The position numbers were made by a program, and so were the translations under genes. The notes under the pieces are model-generated. The model ran no database searches, was not told the DNA's origin, and was given only the letters and a program-made list of their open reading frames with translations. From Omnitrophica bacterium GWA2_41_15 (GTDB lineage: Bacteria; Omnitrophota; Gorgyraeia; Ghiorseimicrobiales; Ghiorseimicrobiaceae): a stretch of 64,000 nt of DNA. Of this stretch, positions 26,135 to 33,611 are shown piece after piece (positions within the stretch are counted from its first letter, which is position 1; every line of letters starts with the position of its first letter). The DNA lies in NCBI GenBank assembly GCA_919902105.1, contig CAKKQO010000017.1:3305-67304 (forward strand), read 5' to 3'.

Positions 26135-28090
26135 ATGGATGCGAAGCTAAAGCGAAACTTTATCTTGCTGGGTCATGCCTCCAGTGGTAAAACTACGCTT
26201 GCGGAAAGCATCCTTTTTCTTTGTCAGGCAACTGTGCGTAAGGGGGATGTGGCAGGAGGGACTACTGCCAGCGACTATAATCCCGACGAGATAGAAAGAA
26301 AAATATCGATTAACTTAAGCCTACTCTTTTGCAATTATAAAGGCGCGAGATTCCAGCTTATCGATACTCCCGGATATGCCGATTTTATCGGAGAAGTAAT
26401 CAGCGGTTTGCGAGCCGTAGACGGCGCAGTGGTAGTAGTAGATTCCTCAAGCGGCATAGAATTAGGCACGGAAAGGGCCTGGGAATTGTTAGATGAACAA
26501 AATATACCCCGGCTTATTTTCATCAATAAATTAGATAAAGAAAATACTAGCGAAGAAAAAATAATTCTTGAGTTTAAAGAGCGGTTTTCTAATAAATGTT
26601 TACCTCTCAAAGCAATAAATAGCCAAGAGATTATTGAAGCGGCGGCTGAGCTCGACGATGCTTTGTTGGAGAAATATCTGGAAGGCAAGGAGTTATCCAG
26701 CGAAGAGGTAAAAGGCGCATTGCATAAGGGGGTTTTATCCGGAAAGATTTTCCCGATAATCTCCGGCTCAGCCTTGCAAGATAAAGGGGTTAAGGAATTG
26801 CTGGATGCCATAATAGATTTCTTGCCCAATCCTTTAGAGCGAGCGCCAATTTTAGTTGCCAGAGCTGATAGCAAAGAAGAAAAAGAGCTTATTTTTGGCG
26901 AGGATAAAAGTTTTTCCGCTTTTGTTTTTAAGACAGTATCCGACCCTTATATCGGGCAACTGACGTTATTAAGGTTATTTTCCGGAAGGCTGGCAGCTAA
27001 TAGCGCTGTTTATAATGCCACTGCCAATATAAGAGAGAGGATAGGTTCTATTTACATGTTGAAAGGAAAAGACCAGACCCTCTTGGATTATGCATCCTGC
27101 GGAGATATCGTAGCGCTGGCAAAGCTTAAGAGTACCCATGCCTCAGACTCATTGACAGACGAGAAAGAAACTTACCTGTTTAAGCCGCTGGTATTGCCTG
27201 AGCCGGTGATGTCTGCATCGATTAAGCCGAAAACCAGGGCTGATGAAGAAAAGATTTCTCTGGCACTGGCAAAGTTGATGGCGGATGATAAAAGCCTAAA
27301 GGTCAGCCGTGATAACCAAACTAAGGAGGAAATTCTCTCCGGCGTAGGAAGCCTGCACTTAGAGGTAATGGTGGCGCGCTTGCGCAGCCGTTTCCATGTA
27401 GATTTAGAGTTAGGCAAGCCCAAAGTCCCTTATAAAGAAACTATTAAAGGCCGCGCTAAGGTTCAAGGAAGATATAAGAGGCAGTCGGGCGGCAGGGGCC
27501 AATACGGCGATGTTTGGATTGAGGTTGAGCCTTTGCCAAAGGGCACAGGAGATTTTGAATTTGTGAATAAGATTTTTGGCGGCGCTATCCCGCGCAATTA
27601 TATTCCGGCGGTAGAAAAAGGAGTGCGCCAAGCTTGTTCTGAGGGAGCAATTGCCGGTTACCCCTTGACGGGACTACGGGTTATTTTGTGCGATGGTTCA
27701 TATCATGCTGTAGATTCTTCAGACATGGCCTTTCAGATTGCCGGAGCAATGGCTTTAAGGAAAGCGGTGCACGAAGCAGCGCCAACTTTACTTGAGCCGA
27801 TTATGGACGTTGAGATCCTAGTTTGTGAAGAATTTATGGGGCAGATTTCAGGAGATGTTAATTCCCGCAGAGGTAAAGTTATGGGGATGGACACGAAAGG
27901 AAAATATCAGGTGATAAAAGCAAGGATTCCTTTGGCAGAGATGTTTCAATATGCTAATGACCTGCGTTCAATGACTGGCGGCCGAGGTACTTATACGATG
28001 CATCTTGCTGATTATGAAGAGGTCCCGCACAAAATCGCCTCAACAATAATTTCTCAATATAGCGCACAAAGACAACAACACGAGGAATAA
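26135..28090 (+). CDS. Elongation factor G paralogue (EF-G2-like)
   Basis: 651 aa. G1 GHASSGKTT (EF-G2-type rather than AHIDAGKTT), DTPGYADF, NKLD, and domain IV/V blocks. Confidence 0.8.
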   Translation: MDAKLKRNFILLGHASSGKTTLAESILFLCQATVRKGDVAGGTTASDYNPDEIERKISINLSLLFCNYKGARFQLIDTPGYADFIGEVISGLRAVDGAVVVVDSSSGIELGTERAWELLDEQNIPRLIFINKLDKENTSEEKIILEFKERFSNKCLPLKAINSQEIIEAAAELDDALLEKYLEGKELSSEEVKGALHKGVLSGKIFPIISGSALQDKGVKELLDAIIDFLPNPLERAPILVARADSKEEKELIFGEDKSFSAFVFKTVSDPYIGQLTLLRLFSGRLAANSAVYNATANIRERIGSIYMLKGKDQTLLDYASCGDIVALAKLKSTHASDSLTDEKETYLFKPLVLPEPVMSASIKPKTRADEEKISLALAKLMADDKSLKVSRDNQTKEEILSGVGSLHLEVMVARLRSRFHVDLELGKPKVPYKETIKGRAKVQGRYKRQSGGRGQYGDVWIEVEPLPKGTGDFEFVNKIFGGAIPRNYIPAVEKGVRQACSEGAIAGYPLTGLRVILCDGSYHAVDSSDMAFQIAGAMALRKAVHEAAPTLLEPIMDVEILVCEEFMGQISGDVNSRRGKVMGMDTKGKYQVIKARIPLAEMFQYANDLRSMTGGRGTYTMHLADYEEVPHKIASTIISQYSAQRQQHEE

Positions 28091-28112
28091 CACCACTCCC
28101 TAAAATAATCAA

Positions 28113-28823
28113 ATGGTAAAAATTGGAATATTCGGTTTAGAAAATATTTTTTCCGGCACAAAAGCCGCTGTCGCTGATAAACGCATCGATAAGCTAAAGG
28201 ATTTATTTAAATCCGCCAAAAAAGTCTATATAGAAACAGAGTTAATTTATGAACAAGCAAACCTATCTGAGGCAGACGGAATAATTATAAATAAGGATTC
28301 GAAACTGGATTTAATCTTATCCGACTTAGAGTTTGTCGAAACAAGGTTATCCCGGACAGAAGATAGAGGAGAAAAAGAATTACTCGCTAGATTTAAAATA
28401 AGCTTAGAAAAAGAAGAGTTTCTTTCTTTTGAGCCGTTAAACGATGCCGAGAAAAAGATTATTGCCCCATTCCAGTTGTTCACCATCAGGCCGATATATT
28501 TAGTAGATACAAGTAAAGAAGTGGATAAGGATGCCATTTTACTTAACGCTTATAATGAGTTTGGGTATATTTCTTTTTTTACCGTTGGCGATAAAGATTC
28601 GCATGGCTGGCCGCTAAAAAAAGGTTTGACTGCTTGGGATGCCGCAGGAGTAATCCATTCGGATATCCAGCGCGGCTTTATCCGCGCCGAAGTAGTGCAT
28701 TATGATGATTTAATTAAGGCGGGGCACTTAAACGAGGCGCGCAATAACGGGCTTTTAAAATTAGAAAATAAAGAATATGTAGTGCAAGACGGGGATTGGA
28801 TGCTCTTTAGGTTTAATAAATGA
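28113..28823 (+). CDS. YchF-like protein retaining the C-terminal DUF933/TGS-like domain but lacking a recognisable P-loop
   Basis: 236 aa. The C-terminus FFTVGDKDSHGWPLKKGLTAWDAAGVIHSDIQRGFIRAEV matches the YchF C-terminal domain. The N-terminus KIGIFGLENIFSGTKA replaces GxxGxGKST. Confidence 0.6.
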   Translation: MVKIGIFGLENIFSGTKAAVADKRIDKLKDLFKSAKKVYIETELIYEQANLSEADGIIINKDSKLDLILSDLEFVETRLSRTEDRGEKELLARFKISLEKEEFLSFEPLNDAEKKIIAPFQLFTIRPIYLVDTSKEVDKDAILLNAYNEFGYISFFTVGDKDSHGWPLKKGLTAWDAAGVIHSDIQRGFIRAEVVHYDDLIKAGHLNEARNNGLLKLENKEYVVQDGDWMLFRFNK

Positions 28824-28895
28824 CGGCACAACTTATAGAGCCGTAAGGCGATATAAGTTGTATGCCGGAATTTATCCCGACCGAAGCGTCGGGAT
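28821..28895 (-). repeat. BH family copy B1, stop-codon-abutting orientation
   Basis: AAATGAC (the TGA is the stop of the upstream gene) + GGCACAACTTATA...TATAAGTTGTATGCC + GGAATTT + ATCCCGAC-cgaagc-GTCGGGAT. Confidence 0.75.
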
Positions 28896-28952
28896 AAGTG
28901 AGGGTTCAGCCAAGAAGTATCAGTGGGATTGAACGTTGAGATTTATTAATAC

Positions 28953-29070
28953 TTGCTCCTTGCTTTAACGCTTGTAAATTTCTTCGAAATTTACTACGCA
29001 AGCTTCGGAGTCAATTCAGCCGGATAACTTATGGCATTCTGCGAATTCCATAAGTTATGGCTTCATTGAC
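28953..29070 (+). repeat. BH family copy B2: Q module + terminal hairpin, abutting the purH start
   Basis: The 65-nt Q module (28953-29017) is about 90 percent identical to 42711-42775. Then ATAACTTATGG...CCATAAGTTAT hairpin and TTCATTGAC before ATG 29071. Confidence 0.75.
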
Positions 29071-30633
29071 ATGATTAGAGTAAAACGCGCGCTTATAAGC
29101 GTATCAGATAAGCAGGGGATATTGGAATTTGCTAGAACACTCCAAAGTTTGGATGTTGAGATAATTTCAACCGGGGGGACAGCAAAGATATTATCCGACG
29201 GCGGAGTAAAAGTTATTGAGGTTTCGGATTATACTGGTTTTCCGGAAATGCTCGATGGCAGGGTTAAAACCTTGCATCCCAAGATACACGCAGGGCTTTT
29301 GGCTGTACGGGATAAGCCCGAGCATATGAAGCAATTAGCCGAACACAAGATAGGGCTGATTGATATGGTGGTAGTAAATTTATATCCTTTCGAGAAAACC
29401 ATACAAAAAAAAGGCGTGACACTTAGCACGGCAATTGAAAATATAGATATCGGCGGGCCTTCAATGTTAAGGTCTGCTGCGAAAAATTACCGTTCGGTAG
29501 CTGTGGTCTCTAATCCGGCCAGATACGAAGAGATTTTACGGGAATTAAAAAACAATAACGGCATATTATCAGATGCGGTTTTGACCCAGCTTGCTTTGGA
29601 TGTTTTTAATCTTACCTCTTATTATGACAAAGCAATTTTTAATTATTTAAAAGGCACTTTTTCTTTGGGGGAGCTTGAAAAAATCACCTTTCCAGAAACG
29701 ATAGAGCTTAGTTTTAAAAAGCTCCAGGACTTAAGATATGGCGAAAACCCGCATCAGAAGGCGGCATTTTATGCTAATAAAAATGGCGATTTAAGAGGGT
29801 TAGCGGGCGCCAAGCAATTAAGCGGCAAAGAGCTGTCTTTTAATAACATCTTAGATTTGAATTCTGCTTGGGGATTGGCTTGCGAGTTCGATAAACCTGC
29901 GGCAGTAATCGTTAAGCATAATAACCCTTGTGGCGCGGCCGAAGATGAAAATTTGCTTAAGGCATATCAGAATGCCTATAAGTGTGATCCGTTTTCTGCT
30001 TTTGGCGGGATTATCGCCTTAAACCGGCCGGTGGATAGGGCGGTAGCACAGGCATTGGAAAAGAGCGGGTTTATTGAATGTGTCCTTGCCCCGAGTTTTA
30101 GCAAAGATGTGCTTAAGATTCTAGAAAAAAAGAAAAATCTCAGGATTTTAGAGCTAAAAGATAATGAGATAAAAGAGAGCATAGACTTTAAGAAAGTGTC
30201 CGGCGGCATGCTCTTGCAGGATAAGGATTCAAAAATTTATGCCCCGGATAATTTAAAAACAGTGACAAAAAAGAAGCCTTCTAAGAAAGAAATTGAATCT
30301 TTACTTTTTGCTTTTAAAGTGGCAAAACACGTCAAATCCAATGCCATCATTTTAGCTAAGGCCACTATGACCGTTGGTGTCGGCGCAGGCCAGATGTCGC
30401 GCGTGGACAGCGCATATATTGCCATAAAAAAGGCTGGGAAGTTAGCCAAAGGTGCAGTTGCAGCAAGCGATGCCTTTTTCCCTAAAGAGGATGCCGTTAT
30501 CCAGCTGGCCAAGGCTGGGATAAAGTCAATAATTCAACCCGGCGGTTCCATCGCCGATGCGCAAATTATTAAAACTGCGTCTAAATTAGGCGTCTCTATG
30601 GTCTTCTGCGGGATGCGGCATTTTAGGCACTAA
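29071..30633 (+). CDS. purH: Bifunctional AICAR transformylase / IMP cyclohydrolase
   Basis: 520 aa. RALISVSDK, GGTA, DGRVKTLHP, NLYPF, NIDIGGPSMLR, VIVKHNNPCG and GGSI blocks. Confidence 0.9.
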   Translation: MIRVKRALISVSDKQGILEFARTLQSLDVEIISTGGTAKILSDGGVKVIEVSDYTGFPEMLDGRVKTLHPKIHAGLLAVRDKPEHMKQLAEHKIGLIDMVVVNLYPFEKTIQKKGVTLSTAIENIDIGGPSMLRSAAKNYRSVAVVSNPARYEEILRELKNNNGILSDAVLTQLALDVFNLTSYYDKAIFNYLKGTFSLGELEKITFPETIELSFKKLQDLRYGENPHQKAAFYANKNGDLRGLAGAKQLSGKELSFNNILDLNSAWGLACEFDKPAAVIVKHNNPCGAAEDENLLKAYQNAYKCDPFSAFGGIIALNRPVDRAVAQALEKSGFIECVLAPSFSKDVLKILEKKKNLRILELKDNEIKESIDFKKVSGGMLLQDKDSKIYAPDNLKTVTKKKPSKKEIESLLFAFKVAKHVKSNAIILAKATMTVGVGAGQMSRVDSAYIAIKKAGKLAKGAVAASDAFFPKEDAVIQLAKAGIKSIIQPGGSIADAQIIKTASKLGVSMVFCGMRHFRH

Positions 30634-32079
30634 ATGACCCACCCCCAAGCAATCCGCTATTTAGAATCCTTAGTAAACTACGAGAAGAAATCCTATTATC
30701 ATTATAAACACGCATTTAAATTAGAGGGCATAAAGAATTTTTTAGAAATCTTGGGCAATCCGCAGGATTCTCTACGCTGTATTCATATTGCCGGCACTAA
30801 AGGTAAGGGTTCAACCTGTGCCTTTATTGCTCATATCTTAAGAGAGGCCGGACTTTCCGTCGGACTTTATACCTCGCCGCATTTATCGGATTTCCGCGAG
30901 CGCATTAGGATTTTAACCATACCACCTACTACCTATCACCTATCACCTGAATTTGAGGGGATGATTTCAAAACAAGCGTTATCGCGCTTGGCTTGGCGCC
31001 TAAAGCCGACAATAGATAAATTTAACCACAATTCTAAATACGGCCCGCTGACATTTTTTGAAGTTTATACGGCACTCGCCTTTATTTATTTTAAAGAAAA
31101 AAAAGTGGATTTTGCGGTTTTAGAGACGGGTTTGGGCGGAAGATTAGATGCCACAAATGTGATTAATCCTTTAGTCTGCGTAATTACCCCGATAAGTTTA
31201 GAGCATACTCAACTTTTGGGCAATACATTAACGAAAATTGCCCGCGAGAAGGTGGGTATTATCAAGAAGTTTCGCCCCTCGCCCCTCGCCCCTCGCCCCT
31301 CGGTAGTAATCAGCGCGCCGCAGGAGGAAGCAGCAGCTAGGGTGATTAGGGATAGATGTAGAAAAGTTGGCGCTAGATTATATGAAGTAGGGAAGGATAT
31401 AAGATACAAAAAATCCGAAATCCGAAATCCGAAATCCGAAATAAATCTAAAATCCAAAATCAAAAAATTTAAAATCCGCGGAATTTTTAATGAATATAAT
31501 AATTTAAAAATAAAACTTTTAGGTAAGCATCAGCTGGTGAATGCCGCCACGGCAGTGGGGGCAGTTGAGGCGTTAAAAAAATACGGCATTAGTGTAAATA
31601 TCGATGCGATAAGAAAAGGGCTTTATAATACGTTTTGGCCGGGCAGATGCGAAATTGTATCTAAGAAACCGTTAATTGTTTTAGACGGTGCGCAGAATGT
31701 TGCTTCAGCTAAGGCATTAAAAGAAACGATTAAAGAAAATTTTTCCACCGAAGGCGGATCCGCCTCCGGCGGAAAGTATAAAAAGTTAATTCTGGTTTTA
31801 GGGGCTTGTTGCGATAAAGATATTAAGGGAATATGTAATGAGTTGTGCTTGATGGCAGACGAAATCATCTTAACCAAAGCCAAAAACCCGCGGGCGGCGG
31901 AGCCGGAGCATATCAGGGTTCAGGGTTCAGGGTTAAGGGTTAAGGAAAAAATACATTTAACAGAAAATGTAGAGGAAGCGATTCAAAAAGCAGAAGAGCT
32001 TACTAGCAAAGAAGATTTAATCCTGATTACGGGGTCGTTGTTTGTGGTGGCAGAGGCGAGGGAAGTGTTGCAGAAATGA
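30634..32079 (+). CDS. folC: Folylpolyglutamate synthase / dihydrofolate synthase, with several low-complexity in-frame inserts
   Basis: 481 aa. HIAGTKGKGST P-loop, LETGLGGRLDATN, GKHQLVNAATA, LDGAQNV blocks. Start abuts the purH stop. Confidence 0.85.
   Translation: MTHPQAIRYLESLVNYEKKSYYHYKHAFKLEGIKNFLEILGNPQDSLRCIHIAGTKGKGSTCAFIAHILREAGLSVGLYTSPHLSDFRERIRILTIPPTTYHLSPEFEGMISKQALSRLAWRLKPTIDKFNHNSKYGPLTFFEVYTALAFIYFKEKKVDFAVLETGLGGRLDATNVINPLVCVITPISLEHTQLLGNTLTKIAREKVGIIKKFRPSPLAPRPSVVISAPQEEAAARVIRDRCRKVGARLYEVGKDIRYKKSEIRNPKSEINLKSKIKKFKIRGIFNEYNNLKIKLLGKHQLVNAATAVGAVEALKKYGISVNIDAIRKGLYNTFWPGRCEIVSKKPLIVLDGAQNVASAKALKETIKENFSTEGGSASGGKYKKLILVLGACCDKDIKGICNELCLMADEIILTKAKNPRAAEPEHIRVQGSGLRVKEKIHLTENVEEAIQKAEELTSKEDLILITGSLFVVAEAREVLQK
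30923..30950 (+). repeat. Heptanucleotide tandem array in folC (CACCTAT-type, 4 units)
   Basis: CACCTAC TACCTAT CACCTAT CACCTGA. Translated as PTTYHLSP. Confidence 0.85.
31272..31302 (+). repeat. Heptanucleotide tandem array in folC (TCGCCCC x4)
   Basis: TCGCCCC x4 then TCGG. Translated as RPSPLAPRPS. Confidence 0.9.
31411..31480 (+). repeat. Heptanucleotide tandem array in folC (AAATCCG x4 plus degenerate AAAATCC-type units)
   Basis: AAATCCG x4, then AAATAAATCT AAAATCC AAAATCA AAAAATTT AAAATCCGCGG. Translated as KSEIRNPKSEINLKSKIKKFKIRG. Confidence 0.9.
31742..31775. repeat. 34-bp GC-rich palindrome, folC copy (31/34 identical to the mnmE copy)
   Basis: TTTCCACCGAAGGCGGATCCGCCTCCGGCGGAAA. 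Two A-C mismatches in the stem. Translated as STEGGSASGGK. Confidence 0.85.
31923..31957 (+). repeat. Heptanucleotide tandem array in folC (TCAGGGT x3, TAAGGGT, TAAGGAA)
   Basis: Direct reading. Translated as RVQGSGLRVKE. Confidence 0.9.
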
Positions 32080-32108
32080 ACCCGGTAATTTTCTTTAGTT
32101 AAATTTAT

Positions 32109-32323
32109 GAGAATATCTTATGCCGTTTTCGCTCCAAATTGCAATTTTTTACGTCAGCTTCTCGATATTTTAAGGTGCCTGCGGAACTCCCCCACACCCA
32201 GTATGCTGGGTGTGGGGTCAGACAGTCCTCGGCACGCTTCCTCTTATTCATCGGAAGTGACCTTAAAATACCTGCGACTCCTGACTAAATTGCAAAATCG
32301 CTCAAACGACACAAGATATCCTC
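32109..32323 (-). ncRNA. Candidate rod-like structured RNA or MITE (element E3); strand assignment from wobble pattern
   Basis: 20-position outer helix 32109-32128 / 32304-32323 with three A-C mismatches on + that become G-U on -. Arms are similar for about 75 nt. Perfect 12-bp hairpin CCCCACACCCAG-tatg-CTGGGTGTGGGG (32190-32217). TAAATT direct repeat 3 nt outside each end. Confidence 0.4.
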
Positions 32324-32410
32324 CAATAAATTAGTTTAAAAATTACCAGTTTCATTTCTAAACTATTGCGAGGAGATAGGCGCAAAACGCAAAACTTTAA
32401 CTGGGAGGGG

Positions 32411-32929
32411 ATGATGAGGAAGGTATTATTAAAAGTCAGCGGTGTAATACTTATAATTTGGGGCTTAAGTTGGATTATCCCCTTATGTTTTATGCATGCA
32501 GAAAAGCGTCTATTACATACCGAAACGCGTGTTGTACATGACGTTATGCTCGGCATACCTTTATTAGGGGAAAGAATGCCCGTTATCCTGAGAAGATCCT
32601 TAAGGGTGACTGAGGAAATTATGCTATTCTTAGGTGGTCCTATCTTAATATTCGCGGGTATAAGATTATTTTCTTTTAAAAGATTGGCGCGGAAACTAGC
32701 CATATTTTCCTATTTAATAGTTTTAGCATACACTGTTTTTCTAAATATTTCTTGGTATATGTGTTCTACAGCGATAGACAACAGCGATGAAAGCCCATTT
32801 AGTATCGTAAGCATTATAGAATACTTTCGTTATTGGCCGCCACGTTATCTTATTGAGTTACTTATTCTTATGCTTATTCCCACATTTTTTATTGTTATTT
32901 TATTTAGGTATAAGGAACAATTTAAATAA
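32411..32929 (+). CDS. Hypothetical multi-TM membrane protein
   Basis: ATG 32411 after GGGAGGGG. Four or five predicted TM helices. No motif recognised. Confidence 0.4.
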   Translation: MMRKVLLKVSGVILIIWGLSWIIPLCFMHAEKRLLHTETRVVHDVMLGIPLLGERMPVILRRSLRVTEEIMLFLGGPILIFAGIRLFSFKRLARKLAIFSYLIVLAYTVFLNISWYMCSTAIDNSDESPFSIVSIIEYFRYWPPRYLIELLILMLIPTFFIVILFRYKEQFK

Positions 32930-33043
32930 CTTTACCTGCCCCAAAGTAAAGGCGCAGTTTTCTTCTGGAGGCGGATACGACTGCAGCAGTAATTAGCGGA
33001 AAGATATTAAGTATACTAAAGTAAACTTTAGATAACTTTTTTC

Positions 33044-33072
33044 TTGACAACCGGTATTTTCTGTGGTATATT
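33044..33072 (+). promoter_or_regulatory. Promoter TTGACA-17-TATATT (with TGn extended -10) for the toxin-antitoxin operon
   Basis: TTGACA 33044-33049, TGG-TATATT 33064-33072, GGAGGTG SD, ATG 33093. Confidence 0.65.
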
Positions 33073-33092
33073 TTTGTTGGAGGTGAAAGATA

Positions 33093-33320
33093 ATGCATAG
33101 AATATCTTACGCAGTTAAAATCGAGCCTTCTTTGATAAAAAAAGTAAGGGAATTTTGCCTGCAGCACGGGGTAAAACAAGGGTTTTTTATTGAAAAAGCG
33201 CTCAGGGAACAATTAGCCAGAGAGGAATTGATTGAAGACCTGATAGATTTTAAAAATCTGCGTATTCAGGAGGGTTCCGCGATTAGCTTTGAGGATTATT
33301 TGAAAAAGAGGGCTTCGTAA
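33093..33320 (+). CDS. Type II antitoxin (small DNA-binding protein upstream of a RelE/ParE toxin)
   Basis: 75 aa. Stop overlaps the toxin start (TAATG). Acidic C-terminal half. Confidence 0.6.
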   Translation: MHRISYAVKIEPSLIKKVREFCLQHGVKQGFFIEKALREQLAREELIEDLIDFKNLRIQEGSAISFEDYLKKRAS

Positions 33321-33571
33321 TGTATCGCCTCAAAATAATCGCCCATGCCCAGAAAGATCTCGATACTTTCCACGGGAAAGATTTTGAAAGCATAAAAAAG
33401 AAAATATTGAGCCTTTCGACTAATCCCCGTCCTTTTGGTGCAATAAAACTGACGCAAGAAGAAAGTTATCGTATTAGGGCAGGTGATTGGCGTATTTTAT
33501 ATAGAATAGACGATAAACAGAAAGAAGTAATTATATATCGTATCAAACATAGAAAAGAAGCCTACCGCTAA
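33320..33571 (+). CDS. RelE/ParE-family type II toxin
   Basis: 83 aa. Pattern KDLD....I...I..L..NP.P.G..KL......YRIR.GDWRILY.I.D....V.I..I.HRKEAY is typical of RelE/ParE. Confidence 0.75.
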   Translation: MYRLKIIAHAQKDLDTFHGKDFESIKKKILSLSTNPRPFGAIKLTQEESYRIRAGDWRILYRIDDKQKEVIIYRIKHRKEAYR

Positions 33572-33611
33572 AACCATTCTTAATTTTTTCGTTATTTATA
33601 GATAGTATTAT

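Noticed and set aside
30923-31957. Heptamer arrays or other tandem repeats as a CRISPR array
   Set aside because: The units are 7 nt and contiguous with no spacers. They lie inside ORFs, and no cas genes are present in the window.
32107-32703. 75-aa + strand ORF (32107-32334) and 133-aa - strand ORF (32302-32703) in the folC-downstream gap
   Set aside because: The first is laid entirely over the long inverted repeat E3. The second is antisense to a hydrophobic + strand membrane ORF. Neither has a recognisable motif or RBS.
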